Positions 1 to 11,745 of a stretch of 64,000 nt of DNA are shown here, in pieces; within the stretch, counting starts at the first letter, position 1, and the number at the start of each line of letters is the position of its first letter. The position numbers and the translations under genes are program-made. The stretch comes from Pseudovirgaria hyperparasitica (lineage: Eukaryota), in the NCBI GenBank assembly GCA_010093815.1, contig ML996580.1. One strand, 5' to 3'. Below the pieces are notes generated by a model, which was not told the DNA's origin, searched no databases, and was given only the letters and a program-made list of their open reading frames with translations.

Positions 1-926
1 ATTACTATTGTGCTCTGGATCGAGAGACCTCGGATGCATGACAGTGGCGCATGGGATGTCGAATATCTTTATTCCATTGCATACAACGAGTAAGTGAGCG
101 ATTGGGGAACGAGAGACTATGTCGATGTAGCTTTTTGAGATATCTTGCTGCTATATGTTCAGTCAATAGCGTGTGTATCGGCGTTATCCATGAATATACG
201 TGTTTTGATGACATGATACGACGGACTTACTTTCCCGGCAGTGAGTGGTAGTGCCACATACACGTCGCATCAACGAGCTGGATGACGCTGCACTATGTTA
301 TGGAATGTAGCGCAGCATTAATCGACCACCTACGCGCTGTCTTCCACGCGAAAGCCTTCTGGAAACATAACAACACTGGCAAAAGAGGAGCCGAAAGCCA
401 CAGTCCCGAGATCCGAGATCCGAGTTGCCCACTGCTAATTAGCGGGGCAGCGGGGACTCTGGATATTCAATGGCTAAGTTATAACCCATGCCATACTACA
501 TTACTAGTAGAACTATTAGGCAATTAATGATACACGCTGGGCTGACTTTAGGGCTGACGGGATGGACCTGGCTGAGCCAAGCTTGAACCCTAATCCTAAT
601 AACTTCTCCATCACGGCAGTTGTCAAGTCATTCTGATTCGGCCATTTGACACGTCGTCATGGCCCTCTTTCATCGACTGACTACTAACTTCTATCATGCA
701 CTATCATGTATTTGAAGCCTCTTGTCGGATACAACACCTCTTCCGTGTCTACATTCCTCATTTGTTGACATCTCCACCACGGCAGTTGCTTTCCCTCTCT
801 TTCCAATAATTCATACACACTCGCTTCTCACTTCTTATTGCTATTCACTCCTAAAGTCCAATTATCTTCCCATCTGTTGTCCCGTTACGTCCTCCTCTTT
901 CAATTGTATTCCACACCTGCCTAGGT

Positions 927-2066
927 ATGACGCTGCCTACGGGTATCTACCGAGCGGACCACGTAGGCTCTTTCCTGCGTCCACAGCCAGTCCTTGCTGC
1001 CCGTGAGAAGGTTACTGATGGAACACTTGGGTCCAACGAGCTTCGCGCCATCGAGGACGAGCATGTCACGACCCTCGTAACCAAGGAAACCGATGCTGGA
1101 CTACGGTCAATCACAGACGGTGAATTTCGCCGAGCATATTTTCATCTCGACTTCCTCAAGCACCTTGACGGTGTTCAAGTTGAGGGCTATATCGCGTCCA
1201 GCAACACCATACGTGACGGCTGGACACCGCCGCGTCTCGTCGTCAACGGCAAGCTTGGCCACTCCAAGCCCATCCAAATTGATGACTTCAAATTCCTTGA
1301 GTTGGCCATCAAGAAGGCGGGCGCGACTAACGTGACCACCAAAGTCTGCATCCCCTCGCCGACAATGGTCCATTTCCGCGGCGGCCGTGACAGCATCTCA
1401 CGGGATGCTTATCCGGATCTCGAGCCTTTCTTCGAAGATCTTGCTCGTGTGTACCAAGAAGAAATTGATGACCTCTACAAAGCCGGCTGTCGCGTCGTAC
1501 AACTCGATGACACGAATCTGGCCTATCTATGCGACCCGTCCATGCGTGAGGCCGCTGAGAAGCGTAACGAGGACCTCACCACGCTGCCGAAAAAATACGC
1601 ACAACTTATCAACAGAGCCATCTCCAAGCGTCCAGCAGACATGACTATTGGGATCCACCTATGCAGAGGTAACTACCGGTCACAGTGGTTTGCGTCAGGC
1701 GGCTACGAGCCTGTAGCCGAAGTACTATTCAAAGACCTGAATGTCGATGCCTACTTCCTCGAATACGACGATGCGCGCTCGGGCGATTTTGCTCCGCTGC
1801 GTCATCTACCAGAGCACAAGGTTGTGGTGCTTGGCCTGATGAGCAGTAAGAAGAACACTCTTGAGGATGCCGATGCGATCAAGAGGCGGCTGCACGAGGC
1901 AGCTACGTACTGCCCGAGAGGGCTGGCGCAGCTGTGTATTAGCCATCAATGTGGGTTCTCTAGTACGAGTGAAGGCAACGATTTGACCGAAGAAGAGCAG
2001 TGGGCAAAGGTGAGGCAGGAGCTGGACATTGCGAAAAGTGTCTGGGGCGAGGATCTGTCCCTGTGA
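927..2066 (+). CDS. Cobalamin-independent methionine synthase-like enzyme, single catalytic barrel (Meth_synt_2 / YxjH-like), 379 aa, intronless
   Basis: RADHVGSFLRP start, ITDGEFRR, VQLDDT, and Zn-ligand motifs IHLCRGN, LEYD, QCGFSS. Confidence 0.9.
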   Translation: MTLPTGIYRADHVGSFLRPQPVLAAREKVTDGTLGSNELRAIEDEHVTTLVTKETDAGLRSITDGEFRRAYFHLDFLKHLDGVQVEGYIASSNTIRDGWTPPRLVVNGKLGHSKPIQIDDFKFLELAIKKAGATNVTTKVCIPSPTMVHFRGGRDSISRDAYPDLEPFFEDLARVYQEEIDDLYKAGCRVVQLDDTNLAYLCDPSMREAAEKRNEDLTTLPKKYAQLINRAISKRPADMTIGIHLCRGNYRSQWFASGGYEPVAEVLFKDLNVDAYFLEYDDARSGDFAPLRHLPEHKVVVLGLMSSKKNTLEDADAIKRRLHEAATYCPRGLAQLCISHQCGFSSTSEGNDLTEEEQWAKVRQELDIAKSVWGEDLSL

Positions 2067-2437
2067 ATCTGAGGCTACTGATTGATTAATCGAGCCTAGA
2101 AATCGTTGCTCATGGATGAAGCCGCTAGAGGGGCTCCAATTGAATCTTTTCCAGCTGTTGTGCATTTGCCAGAACGTTAGCCATTAGCATATCGGCCCGT
2201 CAAAGCTTACCTAGGCCACTCGTCTCCAGGATACCCTGACAGGACTTCAGCGGGGTTCGACTATACAAATAAAGCCTCAAGCTTAGAGGCATGTATAAAC
2301 TAGATTCATTTTATGGTCATAATCGAAAATAACGCGTTGACTAGAGCAGAGGCCTTATATTTAATAGTTCCCTGTTCACTCTCAAGGTCTCTCTCTCACT
2401 TGTACGACAATTTATTCATTTATTCTTCTCAAACAAA

Positions 2438-3808
2438 ATGCTTTCTCCCATCCTCCTTGTAGCATTCCTATCTATGCTTTTCATTCCTTCCCTAGCACAG
2501 GGCGATTCCACTCCTTCTCGAGCAGCACCACAGCCAGAGTCAGAGCCCAAAGAAATCACCTTTGCGATCCATACGGAATGCAACAAATATCCATTGGTAC
2601 GACTTGAGATTGAAGAAGCTAAGCGCATGGCCGAAGAAGCCAGAAGCATATTGTCGCAGTCGCCGTCGGAGTTGACAAGCCTCTCAACCGCCAGGTTCAA
2701 ACTGATCTTCGGTACCAAACCTAGCGAGGACCCCGCGGCTAAAACCAAAGTACTCAACGTCCTCAAAACATTCGCGGCCCTTCGAGAGGTGAACTCCTTT
2801 GGTTCCGCAGAGATCCAATTCTACTGCGGCGATAGTCGCTGGGGCAAAATCCCCGAAGTGTCAAAAGAAACGTTCGACGTATTGAAGAGGACGGTTGGGC
2901 GGCTTGGCCTTGGCCGCAAAGACCTGGCAGATATGCGTAAAGCCGGAAAACCGCTGTACATTGATCCGCAAGGCATGATGTTCACTACGGAATCCCCAAA
3001 CTGCAAGGACCCTGACAACATCGCGGAAACCTACACTGGTAACCTGCACCGCTATATACCCAAGCGAGTGCCGGAGCTTCGTGCAACAATCTCACTGTGC
3101 AACAACTATCTGGATGACGCGCATGAAGATCCGAAAGCTTTAATTAGTAAAACTATCGTAGGAGTTTTAAGAGACGCAGGACCTCAGAGGGTCTCAGACA
3201 TTCTGCTAGATGAATTGAGACCGTACATGAGTCCGACTATCCTGCACACTTTATTACATATACCGCATTTTGCGCGTAAGTCTACCCAGTCTGTACACCA
3301 CCATTTGCAGGGAGAATTGCTCGCTTTTAGCACCTTTTGCTCTTTTTATTTCGGCATATCTCTGGCTCTCGGGTGTTAACGCGGTGATGTAGTGAACAAG
3401 ATGTCCAGTAAATACGAAAAGTATACCTGGGATGGTGTGGTACAGATGTCCAGAAGTAATCCGCTCGATCATGTCGAAAGCTACGGTAGGTCCTCAATCA
3501 TTGAGAGTTCTTGCGAGTGTATTTATTATTAACACCTCGTAGTGTTTTTTATAATGTTAGAGTATCTCGAAAGCCTTGGCTTTACACTCGACACACGTAG
3601 TAGGCAGACGTTAAAAGAAGGGCGGTTGACGTTGGATCTTCCACATGGGGCGTTTCGGGGCCTTTCTTTGGGCTTGGAGGGTTCTCGGGGGGAAGAAGGC
3701 TCTAGGAGGAGGCAGCGTTTCCCAGGAGGGATGACAGGGGGGGAATCGGGATCCCCGGTAGACGATCGTAGGAGGCAGGGTATACGAATACCTCCTTGGG
3801 AGCAGTAA
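2438..3808 (+). CDS. Secreted zincin/M35-like metalloprotease-fold protein with degenerate HExxH (HTLLH); exons 2438-3275, 3393-3485, 3543-3808
   Basis: Signal peptide MLSPILLVAFLSMLFIPSLA; GTAAGT..GTTAAC..TAG and GTAGGT..TTAAC..TAG introns keep the frame; spliced C-terminal part reads TILHTLLHIPHFAL...YTWDGVV...HVESYVFF. Confidence 0.65.
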
Positions 3809-5056
3809 ATGCTCTGCTGTCACCAGCCGCTACCCACACAGACCACCAGAAAGCCACACAGACCATAACCTTATAGCCTATGCTCTATACATACTGTATA
3901 TATATATTTATTTATATATACACCGGACCCACCTCCGAGCTCCACTCTACGTTATTACGCCTCATATCGATTGCGCCGTCCCGCACTGTCCTCGTAGATA
4001 TCCCATACACGCCCCCTTCCCCTCCACTTATTTCATCCATTTGTTTCATCTTTTTGAGAACTCGTCTCTACGGGAGGCCCTAACGGGGTTTTTGGGGTCT
4101 TGCGCATTTTTACTTACATGAACAGGCCGCATTCATAATCTGCACCCGCCGCATTTCTCTCCGACACCGTGCGCGTATACGTACACATGGATCACAGACA
4201 CGCACTTATAGCAGTCTAGCGCGCACAGACACACACGCGCGCGCTCACTTACATACCAAGCGCGAGTCCTACGTTATGGCTTTTGTCTTGCGTAATTGTG
4301 ACGGAAATAAATGATTGCGGTGGTTTCTAGCATGGTAAATAACATTTTAGTAGACGTAGGTAACAGACGTATAGATATCAAAACATGAAAAATTCTACTG
4401 CCGAAGAAAGACTTGAGAATTAATAGTAGTCAAGATATCCCAGAATAGTACATGAATAATCTTGGCACGCTGCGCAAATCCAAGCAATGTAGAAATCCTC
4501 CAAGTAATTAATTTCCTAGATCGTATCCAATGGGATACCTAGGGAAAACGGACTCAAGGAAAAAAAAACTTCTATACAGATCCAAAGCCAAGGAATCTGA
4601 ACAATGAACGCCGGAAAAATATTTTTCTTCATTTACCATAATGATGAGAAAATTTTCTCGGAATGCCTTCTTTAGACAAACTTGGAGAGAGTCGAAGTTT
4701 TGGTAGCTATGTGTGTAGGTAGTACCTACCATGCACGTACGCACGCACGTATCCATCCATGGATCCATCGGATTGTTGCGTCCGCGCGCCAAGAAGGATC
4801 GGATGAATTCTTAGTGACCTTGGACGGATACACATTTTCAGACGAAGCAAGCCAACCAGTGACAGATCCAATGACATAGCACGCACATCCCTGTTCCCAT
4901 ACGCCGTAGACAGTAGACTCGGCTAAATGCTACGTGCTTTGCAATTTCTCTTTCCTTCTTCTTTCTTGTGTGGATGGCGTTTGTTAATTTGCTGTGGTCT
5001 TGAACTCGTCATGCACCTCAGCACGGCACGATGATATGATTTCGCGTAGGGAGGGG

Positions 5057-5432
5057 GTTTTATATGGGTGTGGTTTATATGGGTGTGGTTTATATGGGTG
5101 TGGTTTATATGGGTGTGGTTTATATGGGTGTGGTTTATATGGGTGTGGTTTATNNNNNNNNNNNNNNNNNNNNNNNNNNNNNNNNNNNNNNNNNNNNNNN
5201 NNNNNNNNNNNNNNNNNNNNNNNNNNNNNNNNNNNNNNNNNNNNNNNNNNNNNNNNNNNNNNNNNNNNNNNNNNNNNNNNNNNNNNNNNNNNNNNNNNNN
5301 NNNNNNNNNNNNNNNNNNNNNNNNNNNNTTTATATGGGTGTGGTTTATATGGGTGTGGTTTATATGGGTGTGGTTTATATGGGTGTGGTTTATATGGGTG
5401 TGGTTTATATGGGTGTGGTTTATATGGGTGTG
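5057..5432. repeat. 15-bp minisatellite (GGTTTATATGGGTGT)n, about 6-7 perfect copies on each side of an N gap
   Basis: Perfect tandem units visible directly at 5057-5153 and 5329-5432. Confidence 0.97.
5154..5328. other. Assembly gap (175 N) inside the minisatellite
   Basis: Run of N characters. Confidence 0.99.
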
Positions 5433-5772
5433 TGGTTGTGTATTGTATGAAATGCGAATTGTGGAATGTAGGTATGAAAATAGAAACACACACGCGCGCG
5501 TGCGTAATTAGCCATGGAGCTCGGATGGATCCATTTATACCGGAATGGCGGTGTGGGGCTGGGATGTGGTCTAGGTGGGTCCAGCAGGGAGGGTCTCGAA
5601 GGAATGCTCAAGAATATGACTGCGGTCTTTATCGTCAAGGTAGAGAAATATGGTCTGGGTGTATGTGTGTATCTCAGAGAGTGAGGAGGGGATAAATCAG
5701 GCAATTGCACGAAGATTGCTCGCATGTGAGCTACCTAGTAACGTGTCTTTTGACAAATGTCCAATCCAGGAT

Positions 5773-8700
5773 CTATCTGACGATGACCTCGATTCCGATC
5801 TCGTTGCTCCAACCCACATCCTTTCCACTGTCTTTGTAGGCTGCGGCGACGTCAATTTCCAGTACACCATCGCCATTGTCATTGATATCTGTCTTAACAA
5901 ACCGCGGATCCACAGGTACACCAAACAGAACTGCAAAGAAATCGTCGATTACGTTCCTCTTCCCCAGGCCGCTCACGTAAAGCCCAAATATGCCCAGTGC
6001 CTTCAGACTCGAGTAGACACGCAATCGTCCAGACCCAGTCTCGATACTTGCCATGGTGTTGACGATCGCTGCAGATCCTGTCATCTTGTCCAGCAAGCCT
6101 AGATTTGCGATCGAGATGTCCGCTGGTCCAGATCCCGAGCCTTTGCGGCGTAGGGTGAAAGATTGTACTGGTACTGCGGACAGAATATCCCAGGCATGGC
6201 TATTCAACGATACGTACAGAGGATTCCTGTTTGTAGCTTCCGAGGCAACCGATAGAGGAGGCGCTATACTGCCGCTTGTGTATGATCGGATGATGTATGT
6301 TCCAGTCTCTGCCCCAGGGAATTGGCTTAGCTTGATGTGCTCCGTCAAATCGGCGGACGTCGTATTGAATATGCCCAGGATGCTGGTGCCTGTTTGGGCT
6401 CCCCCATTATAGCTGCTTACTTTGAGAAGTACATGCTCATCGTAGGATGTATAAGCGTTGGTACTCTTGCCTACAGTGCTTGGACGTAAAATGATCGTAT
6501 CGCCACGTGGATTCTTCGCCGTCATCTGGTCGATCAGCTTGATGTCGTGTTTTCCAGGCTCGTCGGTGATGTAAATTGGCCCGCCTGATACACATCGTGC
6601 CGCTGCATGAAAGGCAGAGAAGTCATGAACAGTTTGGAACATATCCCAGTCCGGGAGTGTATTTAGGTGTTGTGTCAGTAGGGAAACGTGTGCATTGCAA
6701 AATATATGCCACGGGTGAGATGCCGGAATCTCAGGGAAGAAGTCATCAGAGTTCCTCAGAAGTAGTCGTGGCTTGTTGTTCGGTAGTTGGCTGTGGAACA
6801 GCATCTGAGGCGTAAGACTCATACAGCTGATTGCCTTAGCTCCAAGGTAACGCATATTGGCAATGCTCCAACTGTCTTGATACCTATCGAGCGTTAGCCT
6901 TCTAGAGATGCTTCAACGGTAAAATGTATCATCGAAACGCCCTGAACCGAGGAGACGAAGCGAGATAGTTGGCCACTCACTCTTTTATGAGACTCCTTCG
7001 AGCAGGAGCTTGGTCGATTTCATCAACCATGAACTGGAATTCTTAGTGTGCAGCACAGCAATGACAGATTAGACTCACCTGAGCATCTGTTTTTACACTG
7101 TCGACTCCACTTTGAGACAGGAATGAGTAGAAATCGGCATACATGCGACTGGCCTGGTCGGCGGGAACAACGTATTTGTTCCCGCCTGCAACACCATCTC
7201 GCATATGGACCTGAGTGATGCCATATTCTTTAGCGATCTTGCCGTGGGGCGCGATCCCACCCCAGTAACCCAAAAGGGCATGCCACACTGCGATATGCTT
7301 GATATTCGGGTTGTCCTTGCGAATCTTCGAGGTGCAGTATTTGAGTCCTTGCGGGAAACCCTCTTTGATAGCCTCAAACTCCATCCAACCCGCTCGAAAC
7401 TGGTCCAGTCCAGGAGTATACTCGCCGCCTTGATTGTCTCCCAAACTTTGCCAATTATCGTCAATAATAAGATTCGTGATGGTAATTCCACTGCTTCTTA
7501 GTGATTCTAAGGCTTCGAATATACGATCCTGGTGGAGCTTCTGGCCGAGGCCATTCCAAGTACAGTATGTCAGCCCATCGTACCATTCTTGAAGCCACTG
7601 TGGTTCGGGCCCGGCTTCCTCGAGAGCTTTGACTTCTTTTTGCATTGCTTCACTCATGACCTCATACTGCATTGAGACTTTCCTGGCATGATACATTGCA
7701 GCGGAATTGGCTAGCTCAAACGTGTGTCCTACAGCTACCACAACCTTGGACTCGCTCTGGTTGACAGCATCGTTCTGCCCCTGAATGACAACGTTTCCGT
7801 CCCCATCGTGATGAATAATAGTGAGTACATCGTCTGTTCCACTGATTGCAAGGACTACGACATGATAACCGTCTTCGCGCAGGAATGACGATAGGACTGA
7901 GTCTTTATCAACATCGAAATGATCAGTTCCCTACGGTCTGATTAATATGGAAGTATCCTGTATCTATGTTTGGAGAAAAATTACCTGCCTAGGTGCCAGC
8001 CAGGGGCTCCAAATACGGACAAGTGAGAACCATCGCTTCAGGTGCGTTGGGGTACCCAGAGTGTGGCGTGTATAGCTAGAAGCTTCTCCAGGGGCCGCAT
8101 CGGCGGGAACAGTAAGGTACCAGAGTAATGTATCGGGAGTTTCGCTGCTCTCGTTCGAGATTGTAAATTCGGGACTAATACCCTGGAAGAAGTAATCCAA
8201 CTTCTGCTTAGGAATCGTTTTCGGTTGAAATAGCAGTGTTCCATCAGCGATGCCAAATAGATCGCGGGCCCATTTCCAGGAATCGTTTGCACTCGAACGG
8301 AGCCGGATAGTGAACGAGAAAGCTGACATCTGCTTGTCCAAGGTCAAGGTAAACAATTGACGTCTAGTCGTCTTCCTGTCCGTGGCTTTGTTGATGTCCT
8401 CGTACATTCTTTAGCAAAACTCTCACGCAACGATGCGGATACATACTGTAATATCAGCATCCCTAGATTGTTGAAACGGCAAGCTCTCCCATTGTTTTAA
8501 AGTGTGGTCATGCCATAGATCAACGCTCCAGTCTTTGTCGGAATCGGCAGCAGTCTCGACGAGCACGGTGAAGAGAGCCTGTTCAGCTATAAGAAACTGC
8601 TTTGGGATAAGACTCAGTACGAAATAAAGAATACCTTCGTTCCTTCTGACACGACAGTGATTTGGCCGAGAGGCGGATCACAAACTAGTTTCAAGAACAT
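5773..8700 (-). CDS. Raffinose synthase / seed imbibition (Sip1) family alpha-galactosidase, GH36, multi-exon
   Basis: Spliced start MFLKLVCDPPLGQ at 8700; motifs YCTWNGLG, LIIDDNWQ, VWHALLGYWGG, SVKTDAQ, RNSDDFFP, PDWDMFQT, CVSGGPIYITD. Confidence 0.92.
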
Positions 8701-9351
8701 CTTTCCTGAGTTCGGTGAATAGTCCAGTACGACTATGAAGCGGGCGTGGTTGAACGAAGTGAGTGAATACGCACTATTTCATAAACCTAATCAAGATATA
8801 GAGAGCATGCAACCTCAATCGTGAACAAGGCAAGCCAACTCGAAGATGGGGTCAACACACCAGATGCGGAGAAGACACAGATAGATAGGTACCAAGGGAG
8901 CTAGACGTGGGGTAGCAGGTGCCAGTTCAGGGTCTAGTTCAACCTGCAGTTGGTGTCCGGGCTAGCGAGATGATGAAGCTGATGACCCTTATGATCGGTT
9001 GTCTTGTGCGTCTAGTTGTGCATCCCTGCCCTTTAGAGTCGCAGACGTACAATTGAAAAGAGGGGAAACTCAAGAGGTTCATCGTCCACTGCAGAAGTCT
9101 CCATATTCCATCGCGCGAAGTTTCAAGGAACTAAGGCTGGAGTAAGGCTCTAGAATGACTTATACAATTGCCTAGATAGTATGGAGAGCAGGCACTTGCC
9201 TCAGACCTAGTCTTCATGCCTTGATGCCTTGATGCCTTGCCGAGACTTTCTCCATCTGATAAGGCTGAATAAAACTAGTAGCCTCCGCCATAACTTTTCT
9301 CGCATTCTTCGCGTCGAACGGCCGCCTCGATCGTAGCATCCTGTCGCATTG

Positions 9352-11531
9352 ATGTCATTGACTGATGCAAGCTCTCGCGTGGTGCGGCGCGGTGCATCAC
9401 GATGCTCCATATTCCCGTCGCCATCGCCTGTCTCGTATGACGCGCGAAGATGCATTTCCCAGGGGTGGCTAAGGAAAGAAGTGGAGAGAAATCTGAATTG
9501 GAGTAGGACTGCTAAGGAAATCGATGCGGGCAGGCAAAAGAGTTTTCTGACCATGCTCGAGGAGCGCGGCCTTGTCAAACAGATAGCTGGGTATGCCAAA
9601 TTACAAGTTTTTGAAATATTGACCGCAGCTAACTGAGGTTTAGGAATCGGGATGCGTTGGACAAGCTCCTTACGAAGAAGCGCATAGGGGTCTACTGTGG
9701 TGTTGACGCTACGGCATCCTCTCTACATATTGGGCACATGCTTCCTGTGATGATACTGTTCTGGTCTTATGTCCACGGTTATCCGACTTTCCACCTGGTG
9801 AGTAATGTACCTGTACTCGGGGTCAATGATGCTAACAGTCGTGCAGATAGGTGGTGCCACTGCAAAGATAGGAGACCCTAGCGGCCGCTCGACAGAACGA
9901 GAGCCCATGCACAGGAGCAGCAGAAGTAAGAATATTTTGTTAATGCAAGAACAAATTAAGAGAATGTGGAAGAAAATAGAGTTTTATGCTGCTCGTCACG
10001 GCTTTGTTCATGATAAGAAGAGCATGAGCTGGCTACGCGGAATTTACAACAACTCAACCTGGCATAATAAAGTCACTGTGTCGGAAATATTGGGCCAGCT
10101 CGGGAGGGGAATAAGAATCTCGACCTTGCTGGGTCGTGACAGGTAAGCGAGCACTCGAGAAGTAACTAGACAACTACAGTCTAATACCATATTAGTGTAA
10201 AAGAACGTCTGAATAGCGGTGTCGGTATGAACGTTGCCGAATTCTTCTACCCTCTGATGCAGAGTTGGGATTGGTGGGAGATGTTCAAACAAAAGGGGGT
10301 GCAACTTCAGATTGGCGGTTCCGACCAATATGGCAATCTTCTGTCGGGCATTGAAGCTGTGAGTTACATGCAGGCAAATGTGTCGCATGATTCCGAACGA
10401 ATTAAGCAACCAGACCTGGCCGAGGGCGACTTTAGCCTGTTTGCGATTACGACTCCCCTATTGACAACCCCGTCCGGTCAGAAGTTGGGCAAAAGCGCTG
10501 GAAACGCTGTGTGGTTGGATCCGAATCTGACCACACCATACGAGTTATACCAATACTTCGTCCGCCTTCCCGACAGCGAGGTCGAGCAATACCTCAAATG
10601 GTTCACATTCATCCCAGTCAAGGACATTGGGGTCATCATGGAAGAGCATAACAAAGATGCCAGCAAGCGTCTCGCCCAAAACTTTCTCGCCCATGAATTC
10701 GTCGAACTCGTTCACGGCTGGCATATAGCTGAAGAAGCCCGGATACAGACCACTCAACTTTACCCAAACAGCGTCAACGTATATGAGTACTTCAAAGACC
10801 TCATAAACATCAAAAGTCCAAATCAAACCGCGAAACCCCCGCCGCCTCTCCCAGACTACGCCGCCCCGGTCCAGGTCCCTGATAAAGATGCGCGCAAGCA
10901 ATTCGCTCAGTACACATTGCCCGAGCTCAACAAATATGCACCCCAGATGAACGTTTTCAATAAGAACGTTGATACTGCGATCAAGCTCCCGCGCGCATTT
11001 TTCGCGCGGAAATCCTGGCCCGTCATCTTGTACACTAGCGGCCTGGCGGGTTCGCGCACTGAAGCCACAAAGCTGTTACAAAACAAAGGCGCATACGTGC
11101 ATGGCGCGCACGGCGGCAACATTGAGACTAAAGATCGCGTTGTCTGGAACCCGATCACAGCGACCAAGATCGGCGACGCGGTGCAGTACATTCGCGACAA
11201 TACGCTGATGATCAGAGCCGGGAAATGGAATCTCAAGGTTATTGAGGTTGTCGATGATGAGGTATGGGAGCAAGAGGGCATGACGTTCCCGGTGGATAAA
11301 GACGGGAAGCCAAAGGCACAATTGGCAAGACCTGGAGAGGAAGAATACGATGAAAATGTCGAGGCTATCAAGCTGCTGCAGAGTCTGCCGCGCAGTAGCT
11401 GGAAGCCGGGGATGACAGCTGGTGAAGCGCTTGAAATTGCTAAGGCACGCGATGGATCGAAGCCGACCGCTCAAAAAAGGTTCAGTGATGCGCCGCCAGA
11501 TGGACTGTCAGGGTTTAGTGGCGTTCATTGA
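9352..11531 (+). CDS. cyt-18: Mitochondrial tyrosyl-tRNA synthetase, CYT-18 type, 4 exons
   Basis: [15 protein letters not shown] (HIGH motif), [28 protein letters not shown]; Arg/Ser-rich presequence; C-terminal S4-like region ending IRAGKWN. Confidence 0.92.
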
Positions 11532-11745
11532 GCAAACTCCTCGGAAATGTAATATATGTATCAAGAGTGTGCGCGGGTTGAATAGCATTGCATGGCGAGT
11601 GTCAAGAATCCTGCTCGAGGAGCATCTTATCTGTACTATATTGTACTTTAACACGCATAACACATATACTCCCCCAACTCCGCCACATGCAACATCAAAA
11701 CTTCCTATTACCACAAGTCCGCAATACGCTCGAGTTGGTATTTTT

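Noticed and set aside
3830..4920. Possible transposon remnant (AT-rich patch, TA/CA/CG low complexity)
   Set aside because: No terminal inverted repeats, LTRs, target duplication or transposase fragment recognised
5057..5432. CRISPR array or true telomere
   Set aside because: No spacers and the DNA is eukaryotic; the array is internal, flanked by ordinary genes, and is not TTAGGG
4923..5695. Repeat-peptide ORFs (KPHPY, YGCGL, HTHIN, MGVVY, WFIWV)
   Set aside because: Several frames are open only because the 15-bp unit lacks stops and the gap is N; no credible gene context
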